This document shows positions 1 to 15,115 of a stretch of DNA of 64,000 nt, piece after piece. The stretch lies in NCBI RefSeq assembly GCF_006345805.1, contig NC_042997.1:59954001-60018000 (forward strand), written 5' to 3'. This stretch comes from Octopus sinensis (lineage: Eukaryota). The position numbers and the translations under genes were made by a program. Within the stretch, counting starts at the first letter, position 1. Every line of letters begins with the position of its first letter. The notes under the pieces were generated by a model. It saw only the letters and a list, made by a program, of their open reading frames with translations. It was not told where the DNA came from and did no database searches.

Positions 1-585
1 TGAAAGGACTATGTGGTGTCTACATCGTGAGCTCATTATTTTATCCACTTCGGCACAAATTTTCTTTTGGTTAGTTGGATTTGTGTAGTTGATTCTACAT
101 CACTATCAATTATTTTATCATACCATAATGCTAATTATTTAACTTCCCTAGAGAAGAAATGAAAGGTAAAGTCAATAACAGTGCAACATGATACGGCAGA
201 CAATGCTGTTCACTCAGTAATTTATAATACAGGAGTGAAATTACAAACGGTAGAACGTAGTCATTTAGGGAAAGAGGAACACTTATATGCTCTCAACCCA
301 GTCAATTTATTTGTATATAACTGATTCTTGCGTAGATATGAAGACCGAGATTAGTAAGGGGTAGAGAGATTATGCCTTTTAGCAGATTGATTATATAAAG
401 AAGTTCTTTAAGACCAAACCAGGAAGATTAATGATTACGACAGTGCCAGGCATGACATTCGTCCCGTTATATGTCTCTGTGTGTGTACATGTATGTATTT
501 ATGTATATATGTAAGCATGTATACACACACAAACACATATATATGCACATCCATCCATACATATATACATATATATATGTATATG

Positions 586-652
<67 letters not shown>

Positions 653-691
653 AGAAAGTTGGTTTGTGAAAGCACGTGGGTGAATATATAG

Positions 692-1752
<1,061 letters not shown>

Positions 1753-1816
1753 TATAAATAATTTATAAACATATATATAAATATGTATATATATGCATAT
1801 ATATATATATATATAT

Positions 1817-1970
1817 AGGCGCAGGAGTGGTTGTGTGGTAAGAGGCCTGCTTCCCAACCACACAGTTCCTGTTTCAGTGGCATCTTGGGCAGCTGTCTTC
1901 TACTATAGCCTCGGGCCAACCAAAGCTTTGTGAGTGAAGTTGGTGGACGGAAACTGAAAGAAGCCCGTCT
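1817..1970 (+). mobile_element. tRNA-derived SINE family A (head)
   Basis: aggcgcaggagtggttgtgtggtaag...cttgggcagctgtcttctactatagcctcgggcc...ggaaactgaaagaagcccgtc. tRNA-like head plus CORE-like segment, recurring more than 10 times in the window. Confidence 0.85.
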
Positions 1971-1994
<24 letters not shown>

Positions 1995-2007
<13 letters not shown>

Positions 2008-2580
2008 ATGCGACTCTGTACTGTTTTCTCTCTCATCTTTTCTCTAATTATCTTTTTTCTTGCCCTTCACCCTTTTCTATCTGTTTCCCCTCCCTTTTCT
2101 CCATTTCTTTCTCACGTTGTTCACACGTGACCATCATCCATCTTTCTCTTCCTCACGTGATCATCTTTCTTATCTTTCAAAACTGTCTTAAAGACAGCAC
2201 GTATCTTATCTCTCTCTTCTATCTTTTCTCTTGTCAAAGAAAATAGCGTTCTCCAGCGTTCGATATTTTACCATCGTTCTAGTCTAACGACCCACCATGT
2301 TTGTTTTCGTTCGATGTCCTTGTATGTCTCTACTGTCCTGTTTTTGTTCCCAACTTCGACCCTCCATGATTCCTAAATTATATTTTGGCATTTATGGGAG
2401 TAACTGCCTTCGAAGACTCATATTATCATTCAATGCTCGAAATGAGGAGTAGAGAGGCAGCCGACAACTAATGAAGGGTTGTTCTTATGGTACTTGTCCT
2501 GTTTTTCATTTGTTTCTCTCGTTGTTTGCGTATTGAACTCATTTGCTTTCGTATTTCTTGTTGTTTACTGTTGGTAAACA
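1995..2580 (+). mobile_element. Dispersed repeat family C (pyrimidine-rich, possibly PLE-LTR-like)
   Basis: Shares ccttcgaa...ggagt...gaca(a/g)ct(a/g)atgaaggg..ttctt and the downstream segment with 5925-6360(-), 46140-46256(+) and 55370-55950(-). Confidence 0.55.
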
Positions 2581-2594
2581 CACACACATATATG

Positions 2595-2651
<57 letters not shown>

Positions 2652-2915
2652 AACATCACTGTATAAACTGTATCGACCGTTGTAATACCCCGCTGGTCAC
2701 AATAATGCGGTTCTTTGCATTGTTGTAACTGCCTAATGCTGCCGGTCCGTTGTATTCACAGGATTGCATTGTTTGATTCGTTTTTACATTTTTAAGACAG
2801 TATAGTGCAATTTGAAGGAGAACAGCGTGTAATTTCTATCAAGTCGGTTGACCGAGTAGACATTCCTTCGTAAGATTGTATTCTTTAAAGGAAACTCTAC
2901 TGGTTTCAAACTGGA

Positions 2916-2989
<74 letters not shown>

Positions 2990-2997
2990 TATAATAA

Positions 2998-3034
<37 letters not shown>

Positions 3035-3191
3035 CATACACTGAAAGAGGGGCCTTCAGTGACAAAGTGCTTCTCTCTAGAGCGACTGTGCAACTGTGCA
3101 AACTACAATCAACATTTTGATGCTAAACTACATATTAAAATAGAAGTAACAACTGAAACTTAAATAACACCGTTATTCATATGAAAATAGA

Positions 3192-3399
3192 CTCTCTTTT
3201 ACTTGTTTCAGTCATTTGACTGTGGCCAAGCTGGAGCACTGCCTTTAGTCGGTAAGCCTAGTACTTATTCTATCGGTCTTTTTTGCCGAACCGCTAAGTT
3301 ACGGGGACGTAAACACACCAGCATCGGTAGTCAAACGATGCTGGAGGGACAAACACAGACACACAAACATAAACACACACATACATGTATATATATATA

Positions 3400-3438
<39 letters not shown>

Positions 3439-3615
3439 TAGATACATATTTGCGAAGGGCTTCTTTCAGTTTCCGTCTACCAAATCCACTCACAATGCTT
3501 TGGTCGACTCGAGGCTACAGTAGAAGACACTTGCCCAATGTGCCACGGAGTGGGACTGAACCCGAAACCATGTGGCTGGTAAGCAAGCTACTTACCACAC
3601 AGACACTCCTATGCC
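3192..3615 (-). mobile_element. SINE family A, full length (head + internal microsatellite + tail)
   Basis: Reverse complement of the family A head at 3455-3615 and of the tail (cttgtttcagtcatttgactgtggcc...gccgaaccgctaagttacggggacgtaaacacacc) at 3192-3360. Confidence 0.85.
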
Positions 3616-4267
3616 CATTATTAATAAATTTATTAATAATAAACATGAATGTAAATGTAAATTAATTAGATGTATCTGATATTTGAGAACCATTTCAGAA
3701 AGGATAATGTTATGGTACCAGGCTTAAACGATTAACTAACTTCTGCTTACAAAACCATTCTCCAAAATATGCAAGAAAGTTGCATTACCTAACACAATAT
3801 AAAGCAAATAAATAAATCCTATATAAGAAAGTTTTTCTGGAGTTGCACTCTTTATCGCTTTCCTTTTCTTTCCTTGACTATTTTCCCTCGTTCTTTCTTT
3901 AAATGCACATACAAATAAACGCATATATAAACACTAACACCATCACACAACTCTTTGCGAAGCCGTTGGTGAAGCCAGCATATACTTCTGCGACCGTCTG
4001 CTTGCTAGAAACACGATCGTGCCTGCAGAACATATTGAATATATTATGCATTTATTTCAATATGTCACTGGATGATATTTTCAAGTGTCTCATGTTTAGA
4101 TGTTTTTATAAGTCGTTATAATATTGTTTTAACAGTTTAAAATTTTGTTCACACTTATTGAGTTTTCTGCTCATCCCCAAACACAAAAGAAATGCATTTG
4201 TCATATTGTCATAATTGCTAATATTTCTTTTATATATATATTTATATAAATGTATGTATATATAATT

Positions 4268-4420
<153 letters not shown>

Positions 4421-5176
4421 TACATGTATATACACATACACATATATATATATATATGTGTGTGTATTATTGTATCTCTGTTTCCTGTATGATATTGCTC
4501 ATAGCTGTGTCAGAGATGGCTGACTAAATGAAGGAAGTGACACTTATAATGTTTGCCAGAGAATTTAGGTCACTTAATTTTTAAAATTTACCATTAAATA
4601 TTAAACTGTCTTCTTTAAACGGAGGTACCAATATTGAAATAAAATAGAGAAATAATTGATAGAATTAGATATGAAGTAATCTAAACATCATCCTACGGAG
4701 AAGTTTAATAATATCGTAATAAACGGTGTTATACCAAATATGGATTGCCTCAAATGTTTTGATAGACTAGAGTTTTATCTGTAAATCAAATTACATGTTA
4801 AGGTACGATCCAGATATGGTGTGGGAGACAAGGAAACCGATAGTCGAGTGCGTCGGCAAAAGATATTTCATGAAAATCGGAGACAAAAGCAAATTATAGT
4901 TTATTTGCCAAGAGGAGTGAAGATTCCAGCGTTTTGGGTATTTGTCCTTCATCAGAGAGAAGAAGATTTTGTAAGAAATGTCTTGAATTACAAAGAGGTA
5001 AGAGGATCAGTTAGCTTGTGTGACTTCTACTCCTCTATGAGTATCCATATATTTCTTTCTTTCTTCTAAATACATGTGTATGTATGTATGTATGTATGTA
5101 TGTATGTATGTATGTATGTATGTATGTATGTATGTATGTACGTATGTATGTATGTATGCATATATTCTGTTACCCT

Positions 5177-5550
5177 GTTACTTGTTTCAGTTATTTAACT
5201 GCGGCTATACTAGAGAACTACCTTAAAGGGATTTCAGTCGCAGAAATCGACCCCAGGACTTTTTTTTATGCCTAGTACTATGTCTCTATCAGTCTCTTTT
5301 GCCGAATCATTAAGTTAGTGGACGTAAACACATCAACATTGGTTGTCGAGCGATGGTTGGGGGACAAACACAGACAAAAAAGCACACATACATACATAAA
5401 TACATACACTCACACACATATACGACGGGTTTCTTTCAGTTTCGGTCTACCAAATCCATTCACAAGGTTTTGGTTAGCCCGAGGCTAAAGTAGAAAACAT
5501 TTACCCGGAACCATGTGGTTGAGAAGCAAGCTACTTACCACACCGCCACA
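5177..5550 (-). mobile_element. SINE family A, near full length
   Basis: Same head and tail motifs as 3192-3615. Confidence 0.8.
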
Positions 5551-5871
5551 TACATACATGTATACACACACACACACATACATACATACATACATACATA
5601 CATACATACATACATACATACATACATACATACATACATACATGCATACATACATACATACGTACATACATGTAGATATGTATGTGTGTGTTTGTGTGTG
5701 TATGCCTGTGTGTGCTTAATATATATATATATATATATATAAACTTACTTGGAGAACAGAAAAGAAACGAAACGACGCGAGGGCGGTCAGTCATGCAATA
5801 ATTTAATAAATAAAATATATGCATACATACATACATATATGTACGTACCTACATCTACATGTATATATACA

Positions 5872-5924
<53 letters not shown>

Positions 5925-6360
5925 ATATATATGAGTACAGGACATCACAAATAGACGTAGAACTCAACGAGAAACGAAAACGTAAAAACAAACATGGAAA
6001 CGGACTTTTTTTAACAACGAAAAAACAGAATACAAGACAAACAATACAAAGAAAATTCCCCTTCATCAGCTGTCTCTAGTTCGACTCCATGCGTGTTTCG
6101 AAGGTAAGGACAGAACACGACCCGTCGAACCAGCCCTTCCTGCGAAAGAATTAAATAAAATTCCTTTGCAGAGGGGTAAAAACAAGGAAAGAAAAAAAAT
6201 GTGACAAAAACAGGACGTAAAAGCAATACAAATAAAAATACAAATACAAAAAAATACAGTACAAATAAAGAATAAAAACAGGACAAGAAAACAAACAGTG
6301 AAGGCCTTTTTTTTAGCCTAGACGATGGAAAAATTCAAGAGCGCAGAAAAAAAGCCATGT
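5925..6360 (-). mobile_element. Dispersed repeat family C
   Basis: 5935-6050 is a close reverse-complement match to 46140-46256. The cccttcatca...gaaggta(a/g)gga block is shared with 55485-55560. Confidence 0.65.
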
Positions 6361-6499
6361 TCACATATATATATATATCCTTATCCCTCTCTGCCTACAT
6401 GACTTATTGTAACAAAGGCCTTCACTCATGCTCAGCGTACAGGTCATTACTGAATATATAAAACAAACCATGCATTAATATACTCATGACCAGATACAT

Positions 6500-6652
6500 G
6501 CTTAAGTGCTGGCTTTAATTGTAAATATTTACCGACCACATGGTTCCAGGTTCAGTTCCACTCCGTGGCACCTTGGGCAAGTGTCTTCTACTATAGACTC
6601 GGGCCAACCAAAGCCTTGAGAGTGGATTTGGTAGACTGAATTCGAAAGAAGC

Positions 6653-6658
<6 letters not shown>
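6500..6658 (+). mobile_element. SINE family A (head)
   Basis: ccacatggttccaggttcagttccactccgtggcaccttgggcaagtgtcttctactatag...gaaagaagccc. Confidence 0.8.
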
Positions 6659-6748
<90 letters not shown>

Positions 6749-7209
6749 TATATATGTGTGTGTGTGTATGTGTGAATATTTATATATATATACATATATG
6801 TGTGTGTGTGAAGGCTTTCCTATCCACGTGGATAGGAAAGCCTTCTTTTCTATGTCCATGGCTTATATGCCCCTTTATTAGACCATTTTCCTTAGTCATT
6901 GCACAGTGATAACCATAAGCTTTAAGATTGTATAAAAATACCACTATTATTATTTACAAGATTGTAAACTCGGCACTGTATAAAAAGCCATTCGTACTGA
7001 AAGAATATATATATATATATATACACACATTTATAAACATATTCATACTTAAATATACATACATACACGCACTAACACATATTTTTATATGTATACTTCT
7101 ACAAATACGCAAACATATTACTGGGATACCTTGTGTGTTTCAGGAAACCGGTTAAACTCGTGTATTAACTTCTTCAGTAAATGATACATAGTTGGAATTT
7201 AACTGAAAC

Positions 7210-7752
<543 letters not shown>

Positions 7753-7980
7753 TCTGAACCAATGAATAGAAATGACATTTCTGGTAATTTTTTTCCATTT
7801 CGCAACTCGTTTTTTATACACATACCAATTTATAAATATCTAATTGTTAAAGTGAAAAAGTTATCAGAAAAGTCATTTCTATTCATATTTTCGGATACAT
7901 AATACTGTACCAAGGACTCTATTTTTAATTTTACTATACATACATACACATATATATATATCGACTTACCCTTCCCCACG

Positions 7981-8037
<57 letters not shown>

Positions 8038-8358
8038 GTACATACACCTATTTATATATACTCTCATCCTTAAAGTACGAGGCGTCAGTGAGTGGTTCAA
8101 ATGTCACAGAATTGAGATCTCCCCACCAACTACATTTTTAATTGCATTCAGACTTAGTATTATATCTTTTCTCAAATGACATCGGGTTAGAGATCTTAGT
8201 GCGGGAATCTAGCAAAGTCTCAAATAAAATAAATCTAGATCGCTATGAGTCAATATAAATAGACTGAATACAAAAGAAACAAGAAGACATTCGACGCTTT
8301 AAAAATATTTATCTCTCTCATACATACATTCATGCATGCATACATACATACATACACG

Positions 8359-8423
<65 letters not shown>

Positions 8424-8514
8424 CTATTAATTCCATTTGTTTTTCACTTTACATACACTTTTATCAGCTTTTTGTAAGATTTCTGCTTCAAATGTGCATT
8501 CCAGATATATCTTG

Positions 8515-8684
8515 AAAACTGCGGCTTGGGTTCAATTCCACTGAACGACACCCTAGGCAAGTGTTTTCTGCTATAGCCTCGGGCCCACCGAAGCTTTGCG
8601 AGTGGATTTGAAAGACGACGTATATATACAAATGTGTGTGCGTGTGCGTCTGTGTATATGTGTGAGGTTAAGTGAGTGTGTGTG

Positions 8685-8717
<33 letters not shown>

Positions 8718-8935
8718 ATGTGTGTGTGTATGTGCGCGTGCGCTGCGTCTGTGTGTTTGTCCCTCACCTACGGCCGACAACTGGTTTTGGTTAGTATTTG
8801 GGCCCGTAACTTGGCGGCTCGACAAGTGACCCATATAAGAAGTACCAGATTTTAAATAAGCATCGGGTGAGATTTGTTCGACAAAACTCTTCATGGTAGT
8901 GCACCAGTATGGCCGAAGTTCAATGACTAAAAAAG
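8515..8935 (+). mobile_element. SINE family A, degenerate full length
   Basis: gggttcaattccactgaacgacaccctaggcaagtgttttctgctatagcctcgggcc head, TA/TG tract, degenerate tail. Confidence 0.7.
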
Positions 8936-9039
8936 TTAGAAAGATAAAAGATGCTAGCTGTAAAAACAGAAAAAAACTGTATTTCTGCAGTTATTACTCT
9001 ACTTTACAAGTATTTCTCCTCACAAACAGAACAGATTTG

Positions 9040-9330
9040 AATACCATATTTTCCCTGCTGTTGAAAGTAACTGACATACTGTATCCTGTGAGTGATTTTT
9101 ATACCAATCAGTCAGATAGTTCTTTTCTTTATGTGGCTTTGAGTATTTGTGCTTGCATCAGCAATATTGTCTCAGATGTGAGAGCAATGCTCCATTGTGG
9201 ACCTCACCCGAGCATTGTACAGTATCGATAATAATTGGAGGGACTCAAGTATCATTTGCCCTTGAAAAGAAGAGCCGTTAGCTGGTGTGCGGTACCAGCT
9301 TTCTAAAGGATGTTTGTTTTCTTCCAGAAG
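9040..9330 (-). pseudogene. LINE reverse transcriptase C-terminal fragment
   Basis: Translation LLSILYNARVRSTMEHCSHI*DNIADAST..IKKRTI*LIG resembles the LYK..VRP.MEYCSHIW..A.....LD.IQKR..RLI post-RT block of CR1/L2/Jockey-group LINEs. Confidence 0.65.
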
Positions 9331-9386
9331 AGATCCTGATGAGAGTAAGTCATCTTGCTTTACGGAAACCGTATTAATGATCATTA

Positions 9387-9434
<48 letters not shown>

Positions 9435-10959
9435 CAAGGAATTGGAATACATTATTGCTAATAGTTGTCTTCATTACATTAGAGACCTCAGTCGAGCGCT
9501 CCAAAGGAGGAGAGGCCGATGGAGTTTATGCTTTATCCTTGTTTGTCAGTGATTTGTTATGAGTAGACTGGTGTACATATTCTTTGTAAGCCTTCCTCAG
9601 ACTACTGGAATTAAAAAAGGCGATGTTCAGTTTCAAATTCTGTAGATTGGTGTCTACAGGGAAGAGAAATACGAGGCGGGCGAGACTGGATTTCAGAAAG
9701 TAACAAGTCTGGCGAGAAATGACTGTGAAATGTATTCATTGTAGGGCCATAGGATGATACGCAAGAGGCAGAGGAATGTGTCATTTAGGCAGTAAATCTG
9801 GTAGATTTCCTAGTTCAAAGCAGAGGCATTCGTGATAGTATGCAAATAAATATAAAAATAAAATATCCTTTGAAAAGGTGTTAATATTAAATCATGAGGA
9901 TTATAATCTCATATATGAAAGAAAGCTTCTGTGAGTTGTAATGCGTCAGTATAGATAAGATAACGCCTTTTCTTATCAATGTTTATCAAAAGTTTTATAT
10001 TTCGTGTTGGTATTTTATATGAGTTGAGTCTCTGCTGTATTTCACTTTCAACCGTTCTTCTCGAGAACATCAACTTCTTGGAAGTGCATCCTGGGCAACA
10101 TTTCCCACCCCAATAACTAACCAAAAGAAGTGCAGTTGGAATACAAGCTTAATCGATCTCTCACCCTTGTGGAAAAAACCTCAAACTTTAATTGTCGACA
10201 TACCTCTGGTCTGAAATAAATATAAAATTTTTATGTGTACCATTTCTCTTCTGACTTCATGTTTAGACTATTTGCAGCGTAATATCCCCTAAATAAAAAT
10301 GCAATGCACTATGCACTATTTCGGATAAACGATACTTTTCTCAAATATAGTTAGCTAATTTTTTATAAACTTCTATTTAGACATCGTATAATCTTATAGT
10401 TGCTCTAGCTTTTAAGATGATGGAAGCTCATTGTGGCCAGCGGTGTATAACAGCATCTGTGATAGTCTTATAGTCATGATACTGTGATAGTCTTATAGTC
10501 ATAAAAGGTGATAAAACTCAAAATGCTCCCATGTTTCTGTCTCTACAAAGACATACATTGCTTAAGCCTGAGATATATAATGTACTTCATGTATACATTC
10601 GAAATGTAACAATTGAACAAGAAGATAGAGTGATGGTTTAATTACAAAAGAGTCGGAAGTTTATCAATACTGCACTGTTTGTTTTAAAGATACTTAGTAT
10701 TCAACGCAACAGATCATCTAACTGTTAATAGGTATTACAGGGCAGTATCGACCCCCGAAATCAGCAGGTGTATAGCATAACTTTAGTTTTTACTTTAATT
10801 ATATTTTCGGAAAAGCGTAAAAAGAATTGCTTTTAATTTCTCTCCACAACAGCCAACTCCTGAAATTGCAAAGTTCAGCTTGAATGTCTGCAGTTAGACA
10901 CCTGCAGGCCAGGCATGCGCAGAGAAATCATAGTAGAAATGAGTATTGGAAATGCTTTA

Positions 10960-11590
10960 ATCAGAGATCAGAAAGAATAAGATAAGTAAGGATGGCAGTA
11001 TAGGAAAGGCGTTGAGAAGATTGGACATTGGGAGGGTGGTACACAGAATGTTGTTTTTAGAGGAGCGACTGAGAGAAGAAACAGAGTGCTTGTATGTAAA
11101 ACATTGTGTTGTGATGGTGTATGAATAGTTATCAATAAACCGAATAGCCTTTTGGGAAGTGACCCAGGATATTTGTGTGATTTGTGTGTGTTTGGTAATC
11201 GTATCATCCCGCATACAGAAGGAATAGATCATACTAGTGTATTGTAGAGGACCAGAAGCTCGTAGTTTAAGTTCCGAAGAGGCAGGCTATTCTTTGGTAT
11301 ACTGTTTTTGCTGTTAGTTATATGAGGTCTTCATGAATCATTATAAGATTATATGGTGCTTATTCTTTAATGTGAGTTTAATAGTTTTAGCTGTGTATTG
11401 TTTATAAACAGTGGGAGTGCAGTGTAGTAAGATTGTTTTCTTGATATATCAATACTATATACTTCGTGCTGTTGAAAGTAACTGACATACTATATCCTTC
11501 TTGGCGGACGTTTACAAGGTGTCTGTTTATGGAAGCAGTAAAGTCTGGCGAGAGGCACCTAGATTTCGGGTGAAGATGACTACACATAGA
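10960..11590 (-). pseudogene. Further degraded LINE RT 3' fragments (same family)
   Basis: QKAIRFIDNYSYTITTQCFTYKHSVSSLS at ~11050-11160. 11465-11500 (gctgttgaaagtaactgacatac) matches 9057-9080. Confidence 0.45.
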
Positions 11591-13757
11591 AGATTAGAAA
11601 TGAGTAAAATATCATACCCCGAGTTTAAGTCTTAGGAGAAAGAATATCTTAGGAGAAAGATAATCGTTTAAGATTACTCGAAAGCCCAGTCTTTGGTAGC
11701 GCCTTTACAATCTAATTAATCATTATTCCACAAAAGACCAAAATATATTACATATTTTTCTAGATGAGTTACGAAAACAAAGCCCGTTAGAAAGCAGAGA
11801 GACAACATGCTACGGTCGTACAAGAATAACTGTAAGATTCGTGATTGAAGTAACCTTTTCTAAACAAAACACAGTGCCACCAATGAGATAGCATACAAGA
11901 CGTTCATCCGCCAAGCAAATGTTTGTGTACATTTTGTGAATTGTATATCAGACAAATTTATTGAGATAAATGATATAAATATACCTTTCTGCAAATTTGA
12001 AACTATTTAAAACTGAGTTGAGAAGAGCAGCGTTAAATAAAATGCCTTTTTTTTTCAAGAACACGACGTGCTGCCTAGTCCAGAAATTGAACCTACAATT
12101 TTACGATCATGAGGCGAACAACGCTAACGACTAGGGCACGCACTTTCACAGATGATACAAATATTAGCAAATATCATACAGCAGAAACGGTCCGCAAGGG
12201 TTATGTAGTTTGAATATCTACACTAATTTTCATTAGGACTTTTATACTCAACAATATTCTCAGTCCCATTAACACACTTCAGTAGAGGACTTGAACCCAG
12301 CACCGCAAACGAAATACTCGTCAATAATATAGAGTCGATAAGACAAAAGGCTAAAAGAAGTAATTTGCCAATAAGCCGAAAGCGAGGTGTAGTTTAAGTG
12401 TTCACTGGAAGCTTGTTTAGTACAGTTCTTATTTACCTATTTAGCAGAGTTCCTCTTTATCCAACAGCTTGTATGTCATTAATTTTCTTTATATAACTGA
12501 ACTTATTGTATAACTGCTTTTAATTAGCGTTGTTTCAGTTATAGTCTCATAACAGAATACGAAGATGTTCCCTTGACAGAGACAGAATAATTCTAGCTTA
12601 AACAAAAAGTACATTCAAACTGTCCGAGCGTTCTATAATAAATATAAATTTCTAAGTGACAGTTATATGATGTCTATGTTACATACGCTTCTCTCTCTGA
12701 CAGCTGTTACCAGGGATAAAATATAACCGTAATATCCAAACCTTTGTTTTCTTTTTACTCAACAAAAATCCCTGATGACCTAGAAATATAAGCAATTTCT
12801 TGTCCCTAAAATAGAAACTCATCTGCTATTCTATTTTAGGAAAAAGCAAATGTGAGCATGTTTTTTTTTTCGCTCACTGTCTGGTATGATTCTAAGTGTC
12901 AGAGTTGTTATAAGTCAAAGTAAATGCTACCCGGGTGAGAGGGAACTATAGTTGGTATGGTGATGGTAGAGGTTGATAGTGGTGAGAGAATGGTAGAGGT
13001 GGCAGGAATCTAAAGTGTAGGGTAAGGAGGAGGAAGCAGATTGTAAAAAAAAGGCAATTTCGTTATGGAGGAGCAAGATTACCGCATCAACAAACTAGCA
13101 AGGAATTCCTAAGATTAATTGAATCAGGATGCGATTCATTCTTTTTTTTCTGCTGCTTTCCTTTCTAAGTCTATAGATGGTTGTATAACCACAATCATTG
13201 TCAGAAGTAAACACAGTTACACACGCAAATGCTGACATAAATAATTATATAGACACACAAATATACTTATTTACTGATACACAGCTATGTATGCAGATGT
13301 GTGTATAAACAAACTAAAATATATGCAAAAACTATATTTCATTTTGTTTCAGTATGGGGGCATTAATGTTTAAAACAAATAATTTTCTTCCACAGTACTA
13401 ACGTGCAAAATTATTTTAGAAAAATGGAAATAAAAAAACTCGGTTCTTTTATATATTTACCAAGTGCATCGTATAATGGGAAAATAAGTAGGGACTTTAT
13501 TTATTTTCTAAGTGCACAAGAATATAATAAGAAAATAACAACTAGGAACTATTATATATCTAACAATAATATAATTGGATTGACTATGAGCCAACGAGGA
13601 CAACGATTTTAACTCTGGCCTAAGATATTCAGAATACCATAAATATTTTTACTTCTTAAAAAGTGAATGCATTTGAAACTTTTAGAGTGAGAAAGAAATT
13701 TTTTGTGACGTTCATGTCTTTCACAATATGTAGCAATAAAAATCGAAACAAAATTTC

Positions 13758-13923
13758 AGACGCAGGAGTGGCTGTGTGGTAAGTAGCTTGCTTACCAACC
13801 ACATGGTTCCAGGTTAAGTACCACTGCGTGGCAGCTTGGGCGAGTGTCTTCTACTACAGCCCCGGGCCGACCAAAGCCTTTTGAGTGGATTTGGTTGACG
13901 GAAACCGAAAGAAGCCCGTCGTA

Positions 13924-13971
<48 letters not shown>

Positions 13972-14142
13972 TGTGTGTCTGTTTGTCTCCCTAACATCGC
14001 TTGACAACCGATGATGGTGTGTTTACGTCCCCATAACTTAGCGGTTCAGCAAAAGAGACCGATATGTCCTGGGGTTGATTTGCTCGACTAAAGGCGGTGC
14101 TCCAGCATGACCGCAGTGAAATGACTGAAACAAGTAAAGAGA
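13758..14142 (+). mobile_element. SINE family A, full length
   Basis: agacgcaggagtggctgtgtggtaag head, (TA)n middle, tail ending ...gaccgcagtgaaatgactgaaacaagtaaaga. Confidence 0.88.
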
Positions 14143-14639
14143 GAGTTTGGATCAAAGGGACCTTATTTTGCTCTTCGGCACTCGCTAAAATTAATGCATT
14201 AAATGAGAGGACAGATGGTCGAGATGTCAGTGATATGTAGCCTTGAATTAATATTTCTTCATCTATTTCTAAGTATTTTACATCTGGAAATTCATTTAAC
14301 AGTTTGATGTCCCAAACAGTATAATAAGGCTTCAGTGTTCTGTTTATTTTCAATAGAGTTTTCAAGTATTGTGAATCACAACATGGAATAACCAATGGTG
14401 AGTCAACAATCTAATGTGCTGGTCGTCTAACGTTTAACGCATTAATCATTAAAACAGGATACAGATTTTATTTTGTAGGATCCAGCATATTGTACGGTTG
14501 TACGCTATTAAATTGAAATAATGCTGGGGACAAACCTAGTTTTTCGTTATTCAAGGATAAATCAAGTATCAAATAAAAGTAATGAACTATCTTAAGTCAT
14601 CAAGTTAACTATGTTTACTTTTAAGAGCTATAATAATAA

Positions 14640-15115
14640 AAAAATATCAATATCTATCATCCTCCTTCATCACAGAGCAAGTTGTCTCGCCTGCCTGGGA
14701 CATTCAATAGTCTTTAACGCTCCGCGTTCGTGTAAGGGAGCTTCCCCAGAGCGCTATTTAACAGTAAATCAGTGTGTAAACAAACCACACACTATTTATG
14801 TGCGACCGACAAAGTTTATATTATTGGAGATGCTTTGGATTCGAAACTTAATTTTTGTTTCACATGTGCTACGCTACAACATATCAGCAAATAGACTTCA
14901 CAGTATTTGTATATACGTCACAGGCCGGTGATTCAGTTCGTTTCGAAGCGAATTGAGTAAATGATACTGAGGAGATAGTGAAATATCGATATATATCATT
15001 CTCGCTCGCCTCGGCGCACCTTGTTCGCTTGTCTGGGATATTGAATGCTCTTCAACACTCGGCGAGGCGTAAGGAGCTTTCCCAGGAAAACATCTACACT
15101 ATGTATGTGCGACCG
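14640..15115 (+). repeat. Diverged ~339-bp direct tandem repeat (about 1.4 units) containing a hammerhead motif
   Basis: aaatatcaatatctatcatcctc (14642) matches aaatatcgatatatatcattctc (14981). tcgcctgcctgggacattcaat (14687) matches tcgcttgtctgggatattgaat (15025). cactatttatgtgcgaccg matches cactatgtatgtgcgaccg. Confidence 0.7.
14960..15000 (+). ncRNA. Minimal type I hammerhead ribozyme motif
   Basis: aatgata-CTGAGGA-gatagt-GAAA-tatcgat-ATA-tatcatt. 7-bp helix I, complete core, palindromic helix III (ATATCGATAT), AUA cleavage triplet. Confidence 0.6.

Noticed and set aside
10458-10503. Tandem duplication ctgtgatagtcttatagtcat x2
   Set aside because: A simple local 25-bp slippage duplication with no further structure.
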